The translations under genes and the position numbers were made by a program. Shown here piece after piece: positions 24,887 through 32,000 of a stretch of 32,000 bases of DNA (positions are counted from its first letter, which is position 1; every line of letters starts with the position of its first letter). The notes beneath the pieces were generated by a model. That model had not been told where the DNA came from. It made no database searches and was given only the letters and a program-made list of their open reading frames with translations. The stretch lies in NCBI GenBank assembly GCA_004124385.1, contig SCKN01000008.1, positions 14,648 through 46,647 on the forward strand, given 5' to 3'. Source of the stretch: Fidelibacterota bacterium (GTDB lineage Bacteria > Fidelibacterota > Marinisomatia > Marinisomatales > TCS55).

Positions 24887-25597
24887 TCACATATTGAATA
24901 ATTGCGGGAGCAGTTCTCCTGCTTTACCTTTATACACCCTGTCATATATCAAGGACTGTTCGCTGGGTTGGGGATTCAATTCGATACACAAGGCTCCCGT
25001 AGATTTGGCCAATTGTGGATAACCAGCGGCCGGCCAGACCACTCCCGATGTACCGATGCTGATAAACAAATCACACTGCGATACAGCTGCATCCGCTTGC
25101 TGAACTGTATCGGAATCGAGCATATCGCTGAACCAGATGATGTCCGGACGGAGACAGGCACCGCAGTCACATTTCCTTTTTTCGAAAGGACCGTGGTTTA
25201 AATCATCCTTAACCCAGCCTTCCCGATCACATCTCACTCTCCAAATGCTGCCGTGGAGTTCAATTACATTATTTGAACCTGCCCGCTGATGCATACCGTC
25301 AATGTTCTGGGTTACAACTAATACATTAGCATGTACTTCCTGGATAGCAGTAATAACTTCATGCCCCTTGTGGGGAAAACACTTGAGAGCTTCTTCCCGG
25401 CGCAGATCGTGAAAGTCAAACACCTTTTCCGGATCCGTCTCCCACGCTTCCTGGCAGGCGTATTCACGCCAATTATACTCATGCCAAACGCCGCCTTCTC
25501 CACGGTAAGTAGGCACTCCGGATTCAGCGGACATACCGGCGCCTGTAAAAAACACGATACGTTTAAATTTGTTAATATCTATTGTTTTGATGTTCAT
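24887..25597 (-). CDS. cobB: NAD-dependent protein deacylase, Sir2 family (CobB-type, 236 aa)
   Basis: It has FFTGAGMSAESGVPTYRG, the catalytic TQNIDGMHQRAG, ELHGS, and the zinc-ribbon region RCDRE...KCDCGACLRPDIIWF. Confidence 0.9.
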   Translation of the reverse strand: MNIKTIDINKFKRIVFFTGAGMSAESGVPTYRGEGGVWHEYNWREYACQEAWETDPEKVFDFHDLRREEALKCFPHKGHEVITAIQEVHANVLVVTQNIDGMHQRAGSNNVIELHGSIWRVRCDREGWVKDDLNHGPFEKRKCDCGACLRPDIIWFSDMLDSDTVQQADAAVSQCDLFISIGTSGVVWPAAGYPQLAKSTGALCIELNPQPSEQSLIYDRVYKGKAGELLPQLFNM

Positions 25598-25646
25598 TAT
25601 GGGATTGAAATTACCTCTTCAACTAACATAATATCACCTAACCATT

Positions 25647-26096
25647 ATGCCGTTACTCGATGATTTAATTGCTATTTTAACACAACGCGATCCTTTTCCG
25701 CCTCTTGTGCCTGAAAAGGTATGGGATAAAAGTTTAATTGCAAAAATTGATACACTGTCTGCAGCGCCACTAATCAAAGCAGGTCTGCATCTTTTGAATG
25801 ACGACATTCACAATTGCCATATCATCGCCCAGGAACATGAAAACCCGGACGGCAATTACTGGCACGCAATCCTGCACCGCCGGGAGCCGGATTACTGGAA
25901 TTCAAAATATTGGTATAAACGTGTGAACGATCATCAGGTCATCCAAGAAATGCAAAAAGAAGAACCGGGCTGGAATCCTTTCAATTTTGTAGACCAGTGT
26001 GAAAAATTGAATACAACTCAAGTAAGACTAATCCAGTTACAGGAAATGACATTGCTGCTGAACTATACAATTGAAAAATATGTAAAGAATTACTAA
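25647..26096 (+). CDS. Conserved-looking hypothetical protein (149 aa), His/Trp/Tyr-rich core
   Basis: The ORF is divergent from cobB across a 49-nt gap. The core AGLHLLNDDIHNCHIIAQEHENPDGNYWHAILHRREPDYWNSKYWYKRV looks like an uncharacterised family I have seen annotated as hypothetical, but I cannot name it. Confidence 0.5.
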   Translation: MPLLDDLIAILTQRDPFPPLVPEKVWDKSLIAKIDTLSAAPLIKAGLHLLNDDIHNCHIIAQEHENPDGNYWHAILHRREPDYWNSKYWYKRVNDHQVIQEMQKEEPGWNPFNFVDQCEKLNTTQVRLIQLQEMTLLLNYTIEKYVKNY

Positions 26097-26106
26097 GCGA
26101 TTAATT

Positions 26107-26817
26107 CTATTCTGGAATCGGTTTCTTCGGGTGCACCATGGGTACAAAACGTACGGGAATCACCGATTCCTTATCCATGATTCCGCCCTGCAATTTGGTA
26201 ATGACCCATAATTCCTGCCAAATACTCCCCACAGGAATAACCAACTTCCCGCCAACTTTTAATTGTTCAAACAATTTGGGGGGTAACTTCGGTGGAGCCG
26301 CTGTTACAATAACAGCATCAAAGGGTGCTTCATCCGGCCAGCCCTGATAACCATCACCCCATTTAACATAAATATTATCATAACCGAGTCTTGCCAATGT
26401 TGCCTTAGACCTCACAGCAAGTTCTTGTAATATTTCAATGGAAAACACTTCCTTGCACAAATTGGACAAGACCGCTGCCTGATAACCGGAGCCTGTACCG
26501 ATTTCCAATACTTTTTCATTCCCCTTTAATTCAAGTAGTGAAGTCATCAACCCCACGATGTAGGGCTGGGAAATGGTTTGGTCATAGCCGATGGGTAGGG
26601 GAGAATCCATGTAGGAAAAGGGTCGCTGTTCAGTAGGAACAAACTCATGCCGGGGCGTTTGGCGCATGATATCCAAAACTTTTTCATCTTGAACACCTCT
26701 TACCATGATCTGGTTATCTACCATAACTTTGGCTTTTTGCTCCCAATTATCAACCTGGGCAAAAACAGGGTACTGAATCCAGATATAAACCCACAAGAGA
26801 CGAAAAATGTGATTCAT
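26107..26817 (-). CDS. pcm: Protein-L-isoaspartate O-methyltransferase with an N-terminal signal-like extension
   Basis: It has TPRHEFVP, the ISQPYIVGLM box, and the SAM motif VLEIGTGSGYQAAVLS. The N-terminus MNHIFRLLWVYIWIQYPVFAQ is hydrophobic and signal-peptide-like. Confidence 0.9.
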   Translation of the reverse strand: MNHIFRLLWVYIWIQYPVFAQVDNWEQKAKVMVDNQIMVRGVQDEKVLDIMRQTPRHEFVPTEQRPFSYMDSPLPIGYDQTISQPYIVGLMTSLLELKGNEKVLEIGTGSGYQAAVLSNLCKEVFSIEILQELAVRSKATLARLGYDNIYVKWGDGYQGWPDEAPFDAVIVTAAPPKLPPKLFEQLKVGGKLVIPVGSIWQELWVITKLQGGIMDKESVIPVRFVPMVHPKKPIPE

Positions 26818-26880
26818 GAAGGAATATAATGTAAGATAAAGTAAAAAGAAAAGGGGGACTATTTTTTCCTTTTGAAAACA

Positions 26881-27723
26881 TCAGCTTAACAGCAGTTCGC
26901 TAAAATCCCAAAGTCGGCGCTGATCTTCCACAACATTAGATTGAGCAGAACTGTTTTTGGACTGGCACTTGGAAAAATATTGTCCGCTTACACCATCTAC
27001 TTCTGTTGAAGAAACCAGGTAGATACTTGTTTTTGCACCTTTGTGAATATTTATCGCGCCAACAACTTTAGCTGCTGTCAGACTTAATCGGACACTTGTT
27101 TTATTATTGTTACCAAAATTTGTATTTACAAATCCTGGATGAAGACAATTGGCAGTTGTATCACTTCCTTCAAGTCTGCGGGCTAATTCATATGTAAACA
27201 TGACATTGCACAATTTGGATTTGCAGTAGGCCGGCCAGCCTTTATAACCATTTTGACCTTGTAGATTGTCAAAACTCATATTAGTATTTAAATGAGCATC
27301 AGAAGCAACATTCACTATACGTGACTTTGGCGTTGCTTTAATTGTATCTAATAGTAAGTCAGTAAATAAGAAATAAGACAGATGATTCAAAGCAAACGTA
27401 TTTTCAAGTCCTTCTTCTGTTTTTCCAAAATCAGAAAAATATGCTCCCGCATTATTTAATAAAATATCAATATGATCAAATTGGGTTTGAATCTCTTTTG
27501 CCAATTGACGAACCTGATCCATAGAAGATAGATTCGCTTTAAAAAATGTTACATTTTGGTTATTGGTAGCATTGATGATTTCATTTTTGGCTTCGGAGAT
27601 TTTTTCAGTATTCCTACCAACCAATCCAAGAGCAAAACCCATTTTGGCAAGGTTTAATGCCGCTTCTTTTCCAATGCCATCCGTGGCGCCAGTGATGATA
27701 CAGACTTTACCTTGGTGAGACAA
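26881..27723 (-). CDS. Short-chain dehydrogenase/reductase (classical SDR, retinol-dehydrogenase-like)
   Basis: The cofactor motif is ITGATDGIGKEAA. It also has NNAG and a YxxxK catalytic pair (YCKSK). The only start upstream of the Gly motif is TTG at 27723, 1 nt after the aspS TAA. Confidence 0.85.
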   Translation of the reverse strand: MSHQGKVCIITGATDGIGKEAALNLAKMGFALGLVGRNTEKISEAKNEIINATNNQNVTFFKANLSSMDQVRQLAKEIQTQFDHIDILLNNAGAYFSDFGKTEEGLENTFALNHLSYFLFTDLLLDTIKATPKSRIVNVASDAHLNTNMSFDNLQGQNGYKGWPAYCKSKLCNVMFTYELARRLEGSDTTANCLHPGFVNTNFGNNNKTSVRLSLTAAKVVGAINIHKGAKTSIYLVSSTEVDGVSGQYFSKCQSKNSSAQSNVVEDQRRLWDFSELLLS

Positions 27724-27724
27724 T

Positions 27725-29479
27725 TTACTTTTTCTTTTTAATCTGGATATTCAATTCATCCAGTTGCTTTTCGCTGACTGAATCTGGCGATCCATCCATG
27801 AGTGATAACGCTGATGTTGTTTTTGGAAACGCAATGACGTCCCGGATATTATTGGAGCCGGTCAGCAGCATAACCAAACGATCAAAGCCAAATGCAATCC
27901 CGCCATGGGGCGGCGCACCATAGGTAAGGGCCTCAACCAGAAAACCAAATTTTTCCTTGACTTCTTCAGGGCTCAACCCAAGCAGGGAGAATACTTTATT
28001 CTGAATTTCCGGGCTATGAATACGAATGGAACCGCCGGCAATCTCATACCCATTCAAGGTTAAATCATACGCCCGCGCTTTTAATGATTCTGGATCAGAA
28101 TCGAGTTCATTAACATCTTGGGTTGTAGGTGAAGTAAACGGGTGATGTAAAAACGTTAATTTGTCTGTCTCTTCATCCATCTCAAACATGGGAAAATCTG
28201 TCACCCAAAGTGGTTTGAAATTATTTTTATCTGTTAAATCTTCACGTTTTGCAATCTCAACTCGCAAAGCACCTAAAGATTTTTCAGTGACTGAACGTTC
28301 ATCCCCAATCAAAAATATGATATCACCATCATCCATACCTGTAGCATTTTTGATTTCTTTTTGTAAATTATCTTCAAAGAATTTGGAAATACCGCCCGTG
28401 AGATGCCCTGCGTCCATTTTCATCCAAGCCAATCCCTTGGCTTTAAATGTTTTAACAACATCCGTTAATTCATCAATCATTTTTCGAGAATATTTTACTC
28501 CACCCGGAACAACAATCGCTTTTACACATTCTGCTGATTTAAAGGCATTGAAGTCCGACATATCCGTAAACTGTTTCACGTCTTGCAGATATAGTGTGTA
28601 TCGTGTATCCGGTTTATCTGAACCGTATTTTGACATGGCTTCATCGTAAGTAATCCTAGGAAACGGATCAGGAAGATCTGTGCCGATGACTTCCTTAAAA
28701 ACATGCTGTGTCATCCCTTCCATGTTTGAATAAATATCCTCTTCATCCACAAAGGACATTTCAATATCAATTTGAGTGAATTCCGGTTGACGGTCTGCGC
28801 GAAAATCCTCATCCCTGAAACATTTCACAATCTGAAAATATCGGTCAAATCCCGAGATCATTAAAATTTGTTTATAGATTTGAGGCGATTGTGGCAATGC
28901 ATAAAATTTGCCATGATGCAATCTGCTGGGTACCAGAAAATCTCTAGCGCCTTCCGGAGTTGATTTCATTAAAATGGGTGTTTCCACTTCTAAAAAATTT
29001 TTCTCTGATAAATAACTGCGAACAGCCTGATATGATTTGTGGCGTATAATAATATTATGTTGAAGTTCATCCGTTCGTAGTTCAAGATATCGATATTTTA
29101 ATCGTAAATCTTCCAGAGCACTTTCCCGATCTGTAATTACAAATGGTAAAGGTGCTGTTTCACTTAATAGCTCCATGGTTTCAACTATTACTTCTATTTC
29201 GCCGGTAGACATATTCGGATTAACAGCATTTTCTCCCCTCGCCTGAACAGTGCCCTTGATGGAAAGCACATCTTCCATGGACAGCTTTTTTACTGCTTCA
29301 AAATCACCGGAATAATCATCTGAATTGAAAATAATCTGTGTTTTTCCATAGCGGTCACGCAAGTCAATAAAGATCACTTGTCCGTGAAGACGGACCGTAT
29401 TCACCCAGCCGTTTAAGTTTACGGATTCATTTGTATTTTCTTTGCGTAGTTCTCCGCAGGTATGTGTTCTTTTTAACAT
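27725..29479 (-). CDS. aspS: Aspartate--tRNA ligase (bacterial type, 584 aa)
   Basis: It has the class II motifs FRDEDFRADRQPEFTQID and GGIAFGFDRLVMLL, plus the N-terminal OB-fold pattern RTHTCGELR...V.L.GWV. Confidence 0.97.
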   Translation of the reverse strand: MLKRTHTCGELRKENTNESVNLNGWVNTVRLHGQVIFIDLRDRYGKTQIIFNSDDYSGDFEAVKKLSMEDVLSIKGTVQARGENAVNPNMSTGEIEVIVETMELLSETAPLPFVITDRESALEDLRLKYRYLELRTDELQHNIIIRHKSYQAVRSYLSEKNFLEVETPILMKSTPEGARDFLVPSRLHHGKFYALPQSPQIYKQILMISGFDRYFQIVKCFRDEDFRADRQPEFTQIDIEMSFVDEEDIYSNMEGMTQHVFKEVIGTDLPDPFPRITYDEAMSKYGSDKPDTRYTLYLQDVKQFTDMSDFNAFKSAECVKAIVVPGGVKYSRKMIDELTDVVKTFKAKGLAWMKMDAGHLTGGISKFFEDNLQKEIKNATGMDDGDIIFLIGDERSVTEKSLGALRVEIAKREDLTDKNNFKPLWVTDFPMFEMDEETDKLTFLHHPFTSPTTQDVNELDSDPESLKARAYDLTLNGYEIAGGSIRIHSPEIQNKVFSLLGLSPEEVKEKFGFLVEALTYGAPPHGGIAFGFDRLVMLLTGSNNIRDVIAFPKTTSALSLMDGSPDSVSEKQLDELNIQIKKKK

Positions 29480-29498
29480 AGTTTAATTATTTTTGCAT

Positions 29499-29528
29499 AA
29501 AAAAAAGCCGCCCGAAGTTACGAGCGGC
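29499..29528 (-). terminator. Rho-independent terminator after atpC
   Basis: The minus strand reads AGCCGCTCGTAACTTCGGGCGGCTTTTTTTT, a 6-bp GC-rich stem followed by a T8 tract. It begins 23 nt past the atpC stop. Confidence 0.75.
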
Positions 29529-29550
29529 TGAAGTATAATTGTACAGGAAT

Positions 29551-29942
29551 TCAACGTTTTGAGACCTTTAGTCTGTTCAATGCACGAAGTAATGAAACAT
29601 CATTTCTGGCTGGATCTATATCTTTAGCTTCTTGTTTTTCTTGCGCACGTTTTAGTGCTTCTTCTGCCCGGACAGTATCAATTTCATCGGATCGTTCATA
29701 TGTTTCCAGTAATAGTTCAACTTTCTCTTTAGTCACCTCTGCAAAACCACCACTCGTAGCTAAATAATGATCCTTCCCGTTCTGGGTGACTTTTATTTCA
29801 CCTACATCCAATGCAAAAATTGATTCCCTGTGGTTCGACAAAACGCCAAATGATCCATCCAACCCGGGGCAGCGTACATATTCCACCTGCCCTTCATCAG
29901 AGATTTTTGTTGGTGTTACTATCTCGAGGTGAAAAGAACTCA

Positions 29943-29943
<1 letters not shown>
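29551..29943 (-). CDS. atpC: F1 ATP synthase epsilon subunit
   Basis: LEIVTP...V..V..PG..G.FGVL.NH pattern, 130 aa. The ATG overlaps the atpD TAA by 1 nt (TAATG). Confidence 0.9.
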
Positions 29944-31349
<1,406 letters not shown>

Positions 31350-31353
31350 TTAT

Positions 31354-32000
31354 TTAGCTTCGTAAGGCTTCAGCGCCACTGACAATTTCTAACATTTCTG
31401 TCGTAATTGCTGCTTGGCGAGCCTTGTTGAATTCCAATGTTAATTCTTTAATCATATCTTGAGCATTCTCTGTGGCATTTTCCATAGCCAACATGCGAGC
31501 TGCTTGCTCACTGGCATAGGATTCCAATAAGTATTTCCACATCTGAATATTTAAGTGACGTGGAATTAAACTCTTTATTATGTCTACTTTGTTTGGTTCA
31601 TAAAGTCTATCGACAGGTCGACTGTTTTCATCATCAAATGTGAGAGGTAAGAGTAATTCTGATTGAACTTGTTGTCTTGCCACATTTATAAATTCATTAT
31701 ACACAACATGAATTTCATCCACATTTTGATTCGTAAAATGGCTGATAACACCTTCACCAATATTTATAGCATGATTATAACTCAACTCATTCCAAAAGTC
31801 TGTATGATTCTCAATTACAGTATATTCCCGTCTTTTAAAATGGTCGCGCGCTTTTTTACCAATACAAAATACATCTACGTGATCTTTTCCAATTGCATCG
31901 ATCTCACTTTGAGCCCTTTTAAGGATATTATTATTGAATGAACCGGCCATGCCTCTATCGGAAGTCACCACAACATACCCTACACGATTTACTTCGCGAA
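31354..32000 (-). CDS. atpG: F1 ATP synthase gamma subunit (5' end runs off the window)
   Basis: The frame stays open upstream of the track's GTG at 31971 (REVNRVGYVVVTSDRGMAGSFNNNI...). This matches the atpG internal DRGLCG-type box. The C-terminus ITTEMLEIVSGAEAL is also characteristic. Confidence 0.93.
   Translation of the reverse strand, partial: REVNRVGYVVVTSDRGMAGSFNNNILKRAQSEIDAIGKDHVDVFCIGKKARDHFKRREYTVIENHTDFWNELSYNHAINIGEGVISHFTNQNVDEIHVVYNEFINVARQQVQSELLLPLTFDDENSRPVDRLYEPNKVDIIKSLIPRHLNIQMWKYLLESYASEQAARMLAMENATENAQDMIKELTLEFNKARQAAITTEMLEIVSGAEALRS

Noticed and set aside
24887-25597. The Sir2-domain protein as an anti-phage effector (Thoeris ThsA, DSR, SIR2-HerA type)
   Set aside because: It is a compact 236-aa CobB-type deacylase with the full GAGxSxxSGIPxxRG and QNIDxxH motifs. 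It has no fused sensor domain (SLOG, TIR, HerA partner or similar), and no defence genes are nearby.
26849-26873. AAAAGG...CCTTTT hairpin between the SDR and pcm genes as a terminator
   Set aside because: It has only a 6-bp A/T-rich stem with a 13-nt loop. That is too weak to call, although a CTTTTT run follows on the minus strand.

Overview
AT-rich bacterial chromosomal window, almost entirely coding. I call 30 protein genes (23 on the minus strand, 7 on the plus strand), one tRNA-Leu(UAG) and three rho-independent terminators. I saw no rRNA, CRISPR array, transposase, integrase or recognised defence system.

Most of the content is housekeeping. Reading along the minus strand from the right edge:
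- atpG (partial), atpD and atpC
- aspS and an SDR oxidoreductase
- pcm and a CobB-type sirtuin
- a tightly coupled run of thiolase, acyl-CoA dehydrogenase, ilvE, nusB, secA and a trans-sulfuration PLP enzyme
- a phoH-like gene
- a respiratory operon at the left edge

Two secreted proteins carry 90-aa type-9-secretion (T9SS) C-terminal sorting domains. This suggests an uncultured FCB-superphylum-like diderm (Marinimicrobia- or Ignavibacteria-like); that is inference only.

Candidates for undescribed biology, none of which I can verify without searches:
1. A non-canonical Rieske/cytochrome b operon (1..4779). It encodes a HEAT-repeat membrane protein, a Rieske protein, a split cytochrome b, an enlarged subunit-IV-like protein, and a membrane-anchored multihaem cytochrome c with a long coiled-coil stalk. 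A tRNA abuts its start.
2. A tight plus-strand cluster (17788..21188) of envelope-directed proteins: TatT-like lipoprotein, YtfI/DUF2953-like, YtfJ/GerW-like, a CBS pair, a small secreted TPR-like protein and a CsgG-like lipoprotein.
3. A spore-photoproduct-lyase-family radical SAM gene that overlaps an MTA/SAH-nucleosidase-like gene with a novel C-terminal extension (21190..23011).
4. A highly acidic T9SS cargo with poly-Tyr/Asp clusters.
5. A roughly 1.9 kb block of higher G+C (24887..26817) carrying the sirtuin, an unknown 149-aa protein and a signal-peptide-bearing Pcm.

All family assignments come from motif recognition by eye, not from database searches.
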